Shown here in pieces: positions 1 to 14,040 of a DNA stretch of 64,000 bases. Source of the stretch: Octopus sinensis (lineage: Eukaryota). The stretch covers positions 18,910,001 through 18,974,000 of the forward strand of contig NC_043005.1 of the NCBI RefSeq assembly GCF_006345805.1, in the 5' to 3' direction. Within the stretch, counting starts at the first letter, position 1, and every line of letters starts with the position of its first letter. Position numbers and translations under genes: made by a program. The notes under the pieces are model-generated. The model was not told where the DNA came from. It made no database searches and saw only the letters and a list, made by a program, of their open reading frames with translations.

Positions 1-166
1 CGACCTTTGTCTTTCCCTTGGATAACACTGGTGGCGTGGAGAGGGGAGGCTGGTATGCATGGGCGACTGCTGGCCTTCCATAAACAACCTCGCCCGGACT
101 TGTGTCTAGGAGGGTAACTTTCTAGGTGCAATCCCATGGTCTGTGTCGTGACCGAAGGGGGTCTCC
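1..166. repeat. GC-rich interspersed repeat fragment, truncated by window start
   Basis: GC-rich non-coding block with abrupt switch to AT-rich DNA. Resembles a recalled octopus retroposon tail; family not verified. Confidence 0.3.
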
Positions 167-395
167 GAAAAAAATGTATGTATGCATTAGTATGAATGCA
201 TGAATGTATGTCTGAATTAATTATACTCTTTATGTACGTGAATACACATATCCACATATATCATAGTATGTTGTTCGGTATAAAACTTAACTGGTTTTAT
301 TTTAAAATACCGAATTACTTTGAGCTTAACGATCTGGTAATTTACATCAGTAGAGAGAATCACACCCACCATTCATTATACACGTCACATCCATC

Positions 396-537
396 CATCC
401 AACCATCCATCCATCCATACATACATACATACATACAAACATACATACATACATACAAACAAACATACATACATACATACATACATACATACATACATAC
501 ATACATACATACATACATACATACATACATACATACA
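396..537. repeat. (CATC)n/(CATA)n microsatellite
   Basis: Direct tandem tetranucleotide run. Confidence 0.95.
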
Positions 538-783
538 CGAAAGTAAACACACACAAATAGGAAATTATTGATTGAAAAACAAATCCTTTCCAGTCGATAA
601 ATTTTCCAAAATATTTCTGGTTGTTTGTTCTAATATACGTAACAGGATGAACAATTATTGATGGGGAAAGTCAGAAACTTGACAAAACAAGTCTTATACA
701 CAATTTACTGTGGTTGCTTAGTTGTAGTTCCGCCTTCATCTTGCAAACCCATATCCAAATATAAATCTGTAGCGACAAGCCCG

Positions 784-870
<87 letters not shown>
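784..870. repeat. (CT)n microsatellite
   Basis: Direct. Confidence 0.95.
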
Positions 871-874
<4 letters not shown>

Positions 875-1137
875 TTCTTTTAATTCTCAGTGTATCCGGG
901 CTCGAATGAACCAAGGTGACTTTACTCTTTTAAAGACTAAAGTATGTGATTTGATTTCAAAAACAATGTGACTGCTATTTCTATCCAGAAAATCGTGTTT
1001 TCTGTTGGGTGTAACAGCTACAAGGAATACTAGAATGCTGCTAAGGATTTGATCCAGCGGGCAAACCATTCAGCCAGCTCGCCGAGTTGGAAACAACAAT
1101 CATAACAACAACAGCAGCAGCAACAGTAACAATAACA

Positions 1138-1207
<70 letters not shown>

Positions 1208-1236
1208 CATAATAATAATAATAAAAAAAAAAAAAA

Positions 1237-1620
1237 TGCTTTCTAATTGATGTATCAGTACCGGCAGATGACAACGTGTCTCTAAAAGAAATGGAGAAAC
1301 TCTCAAAATACAAAGACCTGGAAATAGAGGTAACTAGAATGTGGAATCTGAAAACAGAAACAATTCCTATCATAGTAGGTGCATTAGGCATGATAAAAAA
1401 AATTCAGACAAATACATAACAAAAACACCAGGACTTACAAACACATATAACATACAGAAAATTGCACTACTAGGCACTGCACACATCCTACGCAGAACAC
1501 TTTCCATACAATAACCATCAGAGCATCACAACAAATCACAGCACATACCCAAGGCACACAGAGCTGCGCTCGGTAGTGAAGTGAAAGCACGCTATAAAAA
1601 TAAAAATAAAACTACTGAAT
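1237..1620 (+). mobile_element. 5'-truncated R4/Dong-clade non-LTR retrotransposon (RLE domain C-terminus plus 3'UTR) between (TAA)n arrays
   Basis: Translates CFLIDVSVPADDNVSLKEMEKLSKYKDLEIEVTRMWNLKTETIPIIVGALGM, then after a frameshift IQKIALLGTAHILRRTLSIQ*. Typical restriction-like endonuclease C-terminus. (TAA)n lies on both sides. Confidence 0.85.
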
Positions 1621-1636
1621 AATAATAATAATAATC

Positions 1637-1698
<62 letters not shown>

Positions 1699-1701
<3 letters not shown>

Positions 1702-2114
1702 CTTTTTTTACTCTCTTTTACGTGTCTCAGTCATTTGACTGTGGCCATGCTGGAGCAACACCTTTAGTCGAGCAAATCGACCCCAAGACTTATTCTTTGG
1801 AAACCTAGTATGTATTCTATCGGTCTATTTTGCCGAACCGCTAAGTTACGGAGACGTAATCACACCAGCATCCGTTGTCAAGCGATGTTGGGGGGACAAA
1901 CACAGACAAACAAACATTATACACACACATACATACATATATACATATATACGATGGGCTTCTTTCAGTTTTCGTCTACCAAATACACTCACAAGGCTTT
2001 GCTCGGCCCGAGGCTATAGTAGAAGACACTTGCCCAAAGTGCCACGCAGTGGGACTGAACCCAGAACCATGTGGTTTGTAAGCAAGCTACTTACTACACA
2101 GCCACTCCTACGCC
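1699..2114 (-). mobile_element. tRNA-derived SINE family A (internal microsatellite)
   Basis: Head GGCGTAGGAGTGGCTGTG..GGTTCAGTCCC (A/B boxes), internal (TG/TA)n, tail AAAAGAG repeats. About 10 homologous copies in the window. Confidence 0.9.
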
Positions 2115-2134
2115 TAATAATAATAATATTTTTT

Positions 2135-2341
2135 CCTACTAGAGGCCAAGGTCTTAAGCTTGTGGCGAGAAGTCAGTCGGTTATACCCACTCAAAGGCTC
2201 AACCGGTGCTTCTTTTATCGTCCCAGAAAGGGTGAAAGGCAAATTAGGCTTTGGCGGAATTTGAACTTAGAATGTAAAACCGGAAGCAACGCTGCTGCTA
2301 TGGATTTGATCCAGCGAGTTAATGATTCGGCCAGCTCACCG
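2135..2341 (-). mobile_element. degenerate SINE family C (Meta-domain-like)
   Basis: Minus strand reads GGTGAGCTGGCCGAATC..TTCTAAGTTCAAATTCCGCC..GCCTTTCACCCTTTC, homologous to 34071-34302. Confidence 0.7.
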
Positions 2342-3149
2342 ACTTGGAAACAACAACAACAGCAACAACATCAACAACAGCAACAATAGTAATAATAATA
2401 ATAATGATAATAATAATCATGACAACGACAACGACGGTAACGACGATGATGATGATCATGATGATCATGATGATTTGTAACCCAGAAGTGAGATTTGGTG
2501 AGTGGTACCGAGTAAAACACACTTGCGTGGTACTTGAGACAATGTCAAAAGATGAGGAGCTACTGTATTTGTCAGAACGCCAAAGAGTTTGATGAATTAT
2601 GCATGATGAGTGATGATGTATACTAATGAGCGGAGCCGAAACGGTCGCCGGTTTCAAAGTTATACGGCAAGACAATGAGAAACAGTAGTATCTGAGCAAA
2701 CTAGCGAGGAGATGTTTCTGCACTAATTAAACAAACAGAAAAAGATAAGACATCCAAAGCAAGGAATAAATTAAATTAAATAATAATACTTGAGGAAACT
2801 CGTGATGGTCTGCATCGATAATTATGGATTATAACCAGTTCAAAAGTGGAATAAATTTGTTTGCCGTGTGAAAGGGAAAAGATAAACATTTCGACTTGGT
2901 CTATTCACTGGTGGGAGATGTTTTCTGTTTGATTAGATTGAACCTATTTGAAATAAGTTAGTTTGCTGTGTCTAAGGAAAGTTAACCAGATACACAAGCG
3001 ACGTTAGTTTGCCATACACAAGGAGAGCGGATTGACTTTTTTCAGTCGAGACTTTTTAATAAAGTCTCATCATGAATATGGCGCAACTGTTTGTTGGTGC
3101 TGACGGTTGACCCCTCTAACTCCCAAACTATTATTCTTTTTCTTTTTCT

Positions 3150-3494
3150 GCAGAAAATACAATGCTAAGCGGAAAGTGTAACCTCTCGAAAGAGCTATTC
3201 TTCACTCCTGCTCCAGAGCGTAGGCTGCGGGGTCACTCCGAAAAGCTCTATCTGCGACGATTTCATCTCAATCGAAGGAGAGGGGCTTTCTCCGTCCGGG
3301 TTGCGGATCCGTGGAATAAGCTGCCGGACGAGATAGTGAAGATGCCGACGACCGCTCGGTTCAAAGTCTCTCTTGACCAGAAATGGCCTGAACTCTTTGC
3401 ATGAACACCCTCCCTGTACGTAACTCCATGCCCCCCTACATGGCCTTGCTTTTTGCTTTTTGAGCCCAAAAAATTAACTTAACTTAACTTAACT
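3150..3494 (+). mobile_element. CR1-clade LINE 3' end
   Basis: ORF 3162-3404 has RLRGHSEKL and FSVRVADPWNKLP (CR1 ORF2 C-terminal motifs), then a short 3'UTR ending in an (AACTT)n tail. Confidence 0.85.
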
Positions 3495-3762
3495 CTTTCA
3501 AACCATCATGTGTACCTCAACGCAATTGTTCGACCTGCTTGAGCAGTCAACTTTTTTCTCAGTTAACATTCTACCGATTAAAGAAGAGACACTGTTGTGT
3601 GGACGCCCCCAGACGATGAAGTAGGCTAGCCCAATACGTAGATATAGAGGGAGAAGCCTAGACGTCGGTAGAACAGAGGAGAGTAGCAAGAGAGTAGCAG
3701 AATAGCGGTGAGAGATGAGTAGAAAGCATCCGAACGTGCGACATAACAGACACATTGGATGA

Positions 3763-4158
3763 TCTTTATATATAAAAGTGAAGTTGTGTGTCTGTCTCCA
3801 ACGATTTAGATTCCTAACTACTCCCACATTTTGCGGTGCAGTGTAACCAAAAGCGGGTATCTTATAGTCGTAATTCATATCGAGCCCTTCTGGGTATTAG
3901 CGCGCGTCTACGATGAGTCTACGATTTTGAAAAAAATTTACCATCATTTTTTTTCCATTTTTAACGCATTTTTTTGCTATTATATAAGGGAAGTAACTCT
4001 CTAAAAATGTATTATTAAATCTCAGAACGTAAAAAGCTACAGTAACACCCCCCTTTGTGGTTAGCCATATTGAGATGGCTATTATACTTTACATCTCTAA
4101 AAATGCTTATATAGTTATTTCCCTTACAAACCCGAGCAACGCCGGGCGATACTGCTAG
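3763..4158 (+). mobile_element. non-autonomous Helitron, subtype I
   Basis: A|TC start, GC hairpin CCCGAGCAACGCCGGG, CTAG|T end; five homologous copies in the window. Confidence 0.88.
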
Positions 4159-4504
4159 TCTAATCACAAAAGTTTTTAAAAGCTTTCAAGATCTCATATT
4201 TGATTCTTGTTTAACATGTCTCCACAAATTTTACGATTTCCAGCAGCTTCTGGCTTGACCAAGTCTTGTCACTCTTTGCACCACTAGAATTACTTGGTGA
4301 AAGTCTCCTGATTGGTGCGTTGTTACTTCACCGGAAAGAGACTTTGTTCTGTTCCTTTACTAATGTTACTGTTTTCTGTGTCGTCGTTGGTAATGTTCAC
4401 TGGTATCATGGGTTTTAGCTTCCTCCACACAGTAGAATGACAGCAATACTTGAATATGAAACTACCACGGCGATTTTCTCCTGTTTCCTTTATTCAACGA
4501 GCAG

Positions 4505-4764
4505 TAGATTTATCAAAAAAATTTGTTCTCCCTCCAGGAAGTTGGTTCATCCGGGACACCTGACAGGAAGAGATCCAGTCCTACTTTAAAGACATCTGCA
4601 TCTACACCATGCAGGTCCGTCAGGTTCTTCGGGAGGATATTGAAGAGCTGTGGGCCTCTGAAGCCCAGGCTATCACAGTATCTTGTCCTACATCTTGATG
4701 GCAAATTTGGAGTCCTTGGTACCACGCAGTGGCGCCCGGTTCGGAATTTGTGTGACTCTCGATG

Positions 4765-4770
<6 letters not shown>
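4505..4770 (-). mobile_element. CR1/L2-superclade LINE ORF2 C-terminal fragment
   Basis: SLGFRGPQLFNILPKNL..FKVGLDLFLSGVPDEP resembles LINE ORF2 C-termini. Confidence 0.65.
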
Positions 4771-5236
<466 letters not shown>

Positions 5237-5240
5237 TATC

Positions 5241-5506
5241 TGTGAATGTAATATGTGACAATTATTCGGTAGCCATGATAAAACTCCGAGTTTCAGATGC
5301 CGAGGTGGAAATCCACGAAAAAATGGCATTTTTCCGATGGCCGAATAACTGAAGAGGTGGCGGCGTGGATTTCCGCCTCGGCATCCGAAAGTCGGAGTTT
5401 CATCATGGCTGCCGAATAATTGTCACATATTACATTTACAGGTAAATTCCTCTATTTACATAATATCGAGGTCTCTTTCTTTCTTTTGTTGTCTTACCGT
5501 TTTTAT

Positions 5507-5508
<2 letters not shown>
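5241..5508 (+). mobile_element. fold-back element (77-bp inverted arms) with hammerhead-like core; probable PLE pLTR derivative
   Basis: Arms 5241-5317 and 5364-5440 are near-perfect reverse complements. CTGAAGA at 5349, GAAA at 5387. The 3' end recurs at 50231-50310. Confidence 0.6.
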
Positions 5509-5563
<55 letters not shown>

Positions 5564-5861
5564 CAGAGAGAGAGTACAGAAAGCAAACGGTAAGGGGTAC
5601 CTCACTCCCGGTAGCTTCCTGCACGCCGGATACCAACCCGGAGTTCCTGAGGGCCCATGCTATTGCTGGATAGTTGTTCAGCCTGCATTAGAATCATCCG
5701 AATTTGACATGTCTTGATTTTAATCCTGCTATTTTTCTAGCAATCCTCACCAGGTAAGGCTAAGGGCGGTGCTGGCATAGTCGCCGATGATCCTACCATA
5801 CAATAGGTTCTACTGGATTCTATGATACCAGTAGCACTCATGAGAGAGGCCTAACATATAT

Positions 5862-6374
<513 letters not shown>

Positions 6375-7895
6375 TATATATATATATATGCAATGTATGC
6401 ACAAGCATATATACATGCATAGATGCATACATACATACATACATAATTCCTCAACAAACTTTACTGCACTTTCTTCATCCCCAGATAATTAACAAAATTC
6501 TTGGTAAACTTCTATCTATTTTTTTATCTGTCTTGGCGTGAATCGCTAAATCATGCCGTTCAATAGAAGCCTTTTACTTACCATCTTCAGAATCGCTTAC
6601 CACAGAGACCAGACTCACTCAATAGAAAATGGTGAGAATATATTCTTTTCGGTATTTTTTCCAGAATTTAATCTCTTTCCATTTATCTGAATTCAATATT
6701 TCTTATCTATATTCCCATGAATATCCAATTTTCGATTGATCTTTGATCAAAGACATTCCAATGGAGACCAATATGCACGTTTATACGTAGATGTAGGACT
6801 ATGTTCTCAATTAATATTTTGCCTTTATTTCTTTAAAGAATGACGGGCATGATCTAAGCGGTTATTTGGCTGTTATTTGTAGCAGGATAGGCGACTATGT
6901 CGGGCTCTCTCTCATTCGCTTGTCACATGCATGATGACAGATATAGTGATTGAATCAAATTAAATAAGAATATAAAAGTCTATTTTGAGTATAAATGCTT
7001 TATTACTTGCGTACATCTATACAACAGCCTTAGAAATGTATTTCAAGTGTAAGGGCTCAGAGAAGGATTTCGACCAAAATCTGAAGAGCAGTGATTTTCT
7101 GGTATCACATACTTAATTCTATATAAACAAGACGCCCACAATGACATATAGTAGCTGTAGGTATGGAAGTATCTGCTTAATTTTCCTTTGAGCGAATGTA
7201 ACTCAAGACAGGAGAGGTTTACATCATCGGGCAATATACAAGCCTTTAAGTATTGGTTAGTCGTTTAAAGATGAGTTTGTTTCCATTAAATACTTCTCTG
7301 ATCCATAGAGAAGTGATAAAGAAAACGGTAGAGAGTGCTTATCGGAAATGTTTGGAGATATAACTCTTTGCTCAAGTGGAATGTTATGTCAGCCATATTG
7401 ATGGGCGAATCTTCAAAATGCACTTGAGTGGTTAATCTTTCAACTGCATAATTTTAATTTCATGGTTACTCCAGGAACGATGTTTAATATCCATCTAAAC
7501 ATAAAATTGACACAATTCAACGAAATATATTTTCAAACATGGCATTCTTCAACGTAAGGTTTCCGCAGTAAATAGTAATGCAAATTTGAGTGGTTATATC
7601 TGATCTCCGCAATACAAGAACAAAGATACTATTAAACTATAGCTTCGGGTCGAACAAAACTCGGAAACTTGTTGGGAAGCAAGCTTCTTACCGCATTGTT
7701 ACACATGTGCCTACTACAACATTTTACCCAAATGTCATTTAGCTATATATACACACACACATATATACATACATATATACATATATATATATAATATATA
7801 TATATATATATGTATGTATATATTATAAATATCTATATATATATATATATATTTATAAATATATATATATAATATATATATATATATAAATAAAA

Positions 7896-8008
7896 GAGTA
7901 CGTACAAGCTTAAAAGTAGTGGGGTCGATTAATTCGACTGAAATTCCAAGGCGGTGCCCCAGCAGGGCCACAGCCAATTAACTGAAACATGTAAAAGATA
8001 GAAGATAT
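7896..8008 (+). mobile_element. SINE 3' tail fragment (family A-related)
   Basis: GGGGTCGATTAATTCGACT..AAGGCGGTGCCCCAGCAGGGCC..ACTGAAACATGTAAAAGATAGAAG. Confidence 0.7.
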
Positions 8009-8138
8009 AAATTGGATTTTATATAGGAGTTTTCTAAGAGAATTCATAGTCTTGGAGAATGTGGAACCGAACGTAATTAGGAAATGTCCTATCTTCATTA
8101 ACAAAAAGGAAAAGATATCAGGGTAAATGGATACATTT

Positions 8139-8726
8139 GTTATTCTTTTCTACTCTAGTCACGAGGCCCGAAATTTTTGGATCCCAGTACGCAACTGGTA
8201 TTTAATTTATCGACTCCGAAAGGAGGAAAGGCAAAGTCGACCTCGGGGGAATTTGAACTCAGAACGTTAAGACAGACGAAATACCTATTTCTTTACTACC
8301 CACTAGGGGCTGCACACAGAGAGGACAAACAAGGACAGACACACAGATTAAGTCGATTATATCGACCCCAGTGCGTAACTGGTAGTCATTTAATCGACCT
8401 CGAAAGGATGAAAGGCAAAGTGACCTCGGCGGAACTTGAACTCAGAATGTAACGGCAGACGAAATACGGCTATGCATTTCGCCCGGCGTGCTAACGTTTC
8501 TTATTTCTTTGTTGCCTACAGGGGGCTAAACATAGAGAGGACAAACAAGGACAAAGGGATTAAGTCGATTAGATCGACCCCAGTGCGTAACTGGTACTTA
8601 ATTTATCGACCCTGAAAGGATGAAAGGCAAAGTCGACCTCTGCCGTATTTGAACACAGAATGTAAAGACACGAAATATCGCTAAATATTTTGCCCGGCGT
8701 GCTAACGTTTCTGCCAGCTCACCGCC
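8139..8726 (-). mobile_element. trimeric SINE family C
   Basis: Head GGCGGTGAGCTGGCAGAAACGTTAGCACGCC, then three modules containing TTTGCCTTTCATCCTTTC..GTCGAT..TACCAGTT. Same layout at 56123-56610. Confidence 0.85.
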
Positions 8727-8983
8727 ATAATGTTAATCCAAATATTGATAATAGAATTTGAACAATTGAAACGTCGATATTTTAGAAACTGATGGACAGA
8801 TTCCCTGTTAAAACGAAATATCTGAAAATTCAACAAATCAAAAACGATGAAGAGAAAAGAATTATATACGGCAAAATATTTGGAAAAACATGGCAACTAA
8901 CACAACTTTTCAACAAGGACTGCTATTTCTCACCACCTGTACCTTTGCGAGAGCGTAAAGGTGTATATGGGACAAGTGCGTGC

Positions 8984-8991
8984 TGTGTGTG

Positions 8992-9055
<64 letters not shown>

Positions 9056-9113
9056 GGTGTGTGTGTGTGTTGGTGTGTGTGTGTGTGTGTGTGCGTGTGT
9101 GTGTGTGTGTGTT

Positions 9114-9202
<89 letters not shown>

Positions 9203-9376
9203 TGGTTTCGTATCTCTACGCCCCAGTGTAAATTGGCTGTGCCTAATTAAGTTCTAAAGTACAGTAAAATGATAACTGCATATTTATCGCGTATGCAGCA
9301 AATAAATAAATGAATTGCATTCTTATTATTATTGCCATCATCATCATCATCATCATCACCACCATCATCGCTATCG

Positions 9377-9440
<64 letters not shown>

Positions 9441-9835
9441 TATTATTATTATTATTATCATCATCATTATTATTATTATTATTACGACGCCTGTGGAGCT
9501 TTGTTTATTAAAAATCGTTACGACGGAAATATGCGTGTGTTTGTAGTGAGCGCATGCGTACATTTGTGAGTGTGTATGTGTGTGTGTGCGTGTGCGTGTA
9601 GTACGCGTGGTGCGTAGGCATATTTATTACAGTGTTTGTATACATATATGCATGTATGTAATGTAGACACTATTACCGAACCCATATACGTATGTATTCG
9701 CAGTTTTTCTTCTCCATTTCCAATTGGACCGATTATAATTATAATCCAATGTTTTCATTTTTGTAGGGTTGCCCTCCGAGCAATTAACGTTTCCATTAGG
9801 TTTACATTTACGATTCTCTTTATCATCATCATAAC

Positions 9836-9874
<39 letters not shown>

Positions 9875-9917
9875 TATCATCATCATCATATCACCATCAT
9901 CATAATTATTATTATTA

Positions 9918-9949
<32 letters not shown>

Positions 9950-9964
9950 GTTATCATTATTACT

Positions 9965-10021
<57 letters not shown>

Positions 10022-10043
10022 AGTAGTAGTAGTAGTAGTAGTA
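8984..10043. repeat. compound microsatellite field (GT)n, (CAT)n, (TAT)n, (TAG)n
   Basis: Direct; explains the poly-CV/I/Y/T ORFs. Confidence 0.95.
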
Positions 10044-10726
10044 GCGTTTCTATCATTTTTTTTTCCTTTTTAATATATTTAGCTCCCATTTACATTGGAT
10101 TTTCTTGTTTAGTAATCCGTTCTCATGGCAACAGTTTCATTAGCAGAAGAACTCTCTCAAACGTGTTCTCCTGTGGCTATGGTTCCTCTAATTGTCCGTC
10201 TACCCCCTCTTCGACAACACCGTCACCCTTTCTGTTTTTTTGATATCTTATTCTCTCTCTATTCTCTCTTTCTTTCTCCCCTTTCTCTCGCTCTCCTTTT
10301 GTCTCCCTTTATCTTTCTTTCTCATTCCTCATTTGATAGCCTAATTATCAAAAGTTTGTTGTTTCTTCCTTGTCTTTTATTTACTACTATACGATGTTTT
10401 AGCTACGCTTGTTAATATCGACGTTGTTGTTGTTTTGGGGATGCTCCCGTTTATACTGCTGGTGTCGTTTTTTACATTTAGCATTGCGAGTTATTTATCA
10501 TTTTATTTGTTTAACACCAGGGACAGGTGAAAGACGCTTGTGTTTATACAATTTAAATTAACAAGAACGCTGTAGGAAGTAAGCCCCTCTGGAAAATATA
10601 GAATGTTATGTTGGTTCGAACACTTTAATATCTTGTCAATTGATTTTTGCAACTGATAATTTTTACTAACTCTTTTCAAAATCATGAGAACCCTTGTCAT
10701 CATAAAACCTTTACCTATTACCTATA

Positions 10727-11140
10727 CTCTTTCTCTTTTCTCTTTTACTTGTTTCAGTCATTTGACTGCCGCCATGCTGGAGCACCGCCTTTAGTCGAGC
10801 AAATCGACTCCGGGACTTATTCTTTGTAAGCCCAGTACTTATTTTATCGGTCTCTTTTGCCGAACCGCTAAGTGACGGGGACGTAAACACACCAGCATCG
10901 GTTGTCAAGCAATGCTAGGGGGACAAACACAGACACACAAACATATACACACACACTTATATATATATATACATATACGACAGGCTTCTTTCAGTTTCCG
11001 TCTACCAAATCCACTCACAAGGCATTGGTCGGCCCGTGGCTATAGCAGAAGACACTTGCCCAAGATGCCACGCAGTGGGACTGAACCCGGAACCATGTGG
11101 TTGGTTAGCAAGCTACTTACCACACAGCCACTCCTACGCC
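10727..11140 (-). mobile_element. SINE family A, full length
   Basis: Complete head and tail; near-identical to 48674-49081. Confidence 0.92.
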
Positions 11141-11637
11141 TATATGGATTTTATCAAATGCAAGACATATTTCCGGATTGTGAGTCTGCTCTATCACAGG
11201 CAGTTACTGGTCTGAAGGGGTTTGAAATCCGTATTGCAAATATCACATGCCGTATTAAAAATGCTTCTCCCTCAGATAATGACTAACATATATGCTCAAT
11301 CTTTGTTACCATATAGAGTTTGGTAAGGTGTTGAGAGAGCCAGTCCGTATCGCCTCTTAAACTCCCAAGAATTGGAATAAAATACCCTTCGAAATCAGTA
11401 CATCTCAAAAACATTCGATACTACATTCTTGAATATACTATACCTGTAGGAAATTTAAGACGGTCAATAATGGGGCGTTAATGAGCACACGGCTGTTAGA
11501 TCAAGACTCTCAAAGATGATTTTTAAAAAATCTATAACCAGATGCGTTGGACTGTTTGCCACAAGCGCAATGTACATCGACGACAAAGTACGCGCTTCTG
11601 ACTTCTTGATTTGCTATATTGATCTTGCTCCTTTAAT

Positions 11638-11878
11638 CTTTTACTATTTTACTTGTTTCAGTCGGTTGACTGCGGCCATGCTGGAGCACCGTCTTTAGTC
11701 GACCAAAGCGACCCCAGGACTTATTCTTAGTAAGCCTAGTACTTATTCTATCGGTCTCTTTTGTCGAACCGCTAAGTTACAGGGACGTAAACACACCAGC
11801 AACGGTTGTTTACCGATGCTGGGGACACAAACAGATCACACAAGCATATACACACATAAATACATACATATACATATG

Positions 11879-11945
<67 letters not shown>

Positions 11946-12107
11946 GACGGGCTTCTTTCAGTTCCCGTCTACCAAATCCACTCACAAGGCTTTGGTCGGC
12001 CCGAGGCTATAGTAGAGGACACTTGCCCAAGGTGCCACCCAGTGGGACTGAACCCAGAGCCATCTGGTTGGTAAGCAAGCTATTTACCCCACAGCCACTC
12101 CTGCGCC
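11638..12107 (-). mobile_element. SINE family A, full length, long internal (TA)n
   Basis: Complete head and tail. Confidence 0.92.
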
Positions 12108-12915
12108 TATTGTATAATTTCGTCCGCTTACGTTCATACTTTTAATGAAACTCTGTAGACAAAGTGATTGCAATTTTATTTTCATTTCACAAAAAAAAAA
12201 AATAAGTAAAACTTTACCATTTTTTTTCTAATCCAACCTCAAAAACCGAGGTCTACATAATATTGAGAATACATGTCTTTTCAAACTGCTCTGTATCTTA
12301 CATAACATATTCGATACATTTATTTCAGAGCTACTGAATAATTCAGCATCAACGAATTCGTATGTTTTTTGTTTGTTTGTTTTGGTTTGTTTTTTGTTTT
12401 TTTTTGCTTTTGCTTTTGTCAATTCAGTTTGTTATCTATGATGTTTCTCTAACCAATACTATTCACGAGTGTTCTTTGTAGAATCAGTGGATCAAATGAA
12501 ATTGATGAGCTGTTTCGATATCCTAATGGATATTCACGTTTCAGTCACTTTTTCTACTCATTACATTGACAACACAAATTCTATCATATTAAGGTTGTCG
12601 CTGTTTAGCTTTAACTTAAGCCTGATCAAAGACATTCAACTCGTGATGATCTCAGATATTCGCTTAACTTTTGGGAAAACTGCACTCCAAGCTACGCTGT
12701 CCAATCTCTTCTTTTGTAATTCGATAAGGTGAAGTTTATTGGAAATTTTGGTACTCTTCCAAACAAGAAAAGCCAGGTTCTGTATTCGACTTGCTTAAAT
12801 ATTGTTTTTAATTGTGGTTTATTTAGCTCCAGGCCAACCCTGAATGATCAGATAAATTATCAAAGTCATTCCAGTCGTGATCATCCAATCTCTTTAAGGA
12901 TATCTACAAACTACA

Positions 12916-13321
12916 GGCGTAGGAGTGGCTGTGTGGTAAGTAACTTGCTTACCAGCCACATGGTTCCGGGTTCAATCCCACTGCGTGGCACCTTGGGCAG
13001 GTGTCTTCTACTATAGCCTCGGACCGACCGAAGCCTTGTGAGTGGATTTGGTAGACGGAAACTGAAAGAATCCCGTCGTATATATGTATATATATATATA
13101 TGTGTGTGTGTATGTGTGTGTGTGTGTGTCTGTGTTTTTCCGCTTGACAACCGATACTGGTGTGTTTACGTCCCCGTAACTTAGCGGTTCGGCAAAAGAG
13201 ACCGATAGAATAAGTACTAGGCTTACTAAGAATAAGTCCTGGGGTTGGTTTGCTCGACTATAGTCGGCGCTTTGGCATGGCCACAGTCAAATGACTGAAA
13301 CAAGTAAAAGAATTAAAGAGT
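12916..13321 (+). mobile_element. SINE family A, full length, with TSD
   Basis: Complete element; AAACTACA directly repeated on both flanks. Confidence 0.92.
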
Positions 13322-13702
13322 AAACTACACAATCTAATATATTTATCCGATTTCAAGAATTTGGGGGTATGATTAAAAGAGGTTTAGCTGATATTTCTAT
13401 CAGGTTGAACAAACCCACTTAGATTCTTTTGTAAAGTTTGGCCCCCACCCCCACCACCACCCACCCCCAGTTGGTGGGTTTTCAAAGCATATTTTTCTGC
13501 TTCTGTCGTTGTTGATCATGAAATTATCCATGCAACACTTGCTACAGAAGATCTTTAATGTAACATTGTCATCATACCGAACGCATTCATCATTGAACAT
13601 CCTATTATCAAAATTTTTGCTAGCTTTTAAAATAAGATAATAAATTGAAAAGTCATTTACATGCCTATTGATATTTACATAAACAACGTACTTCAGATAC
13701 CA

Positions 13703-13779
13703 ATTAGTGGATAATAGCCATGTCTAACATCTAATTAGTGGATAATAACTATTTCCAACAACTAATTAGTGGATAATGA
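13703..13779. repeat. three ~30-bp tandem units with core AATTAGTGGATAAT
   Basis: Direct. Confidence 0.8.
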
Positions 13780-14040
13780 TATGATTCATCTGAGATCTAA
13801 TTCTAGATCCATATTTCTTTATATATCTAAGGGTTAGTTTAGGTCGTAAACATCAGGGGAATATGATATATCGTGCTGTGGTTGTTTTTCATGTAGTTCT
13901 TGGTCATGTTGCAGCATTTAATGTCGTTGATGTATAACTCTGGTTATACCTGATTGAACAGCTTCATCATCAAAGGAATTCCGGCCGTGACACCCACACA
14001 TTGTTTATTCAATGAACAGTGTATCTACAGCTATGTTAGT

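Noticed and set aside
10521-10578. Coding exon with good splice sites
   Set aside because: Stops in all three frames
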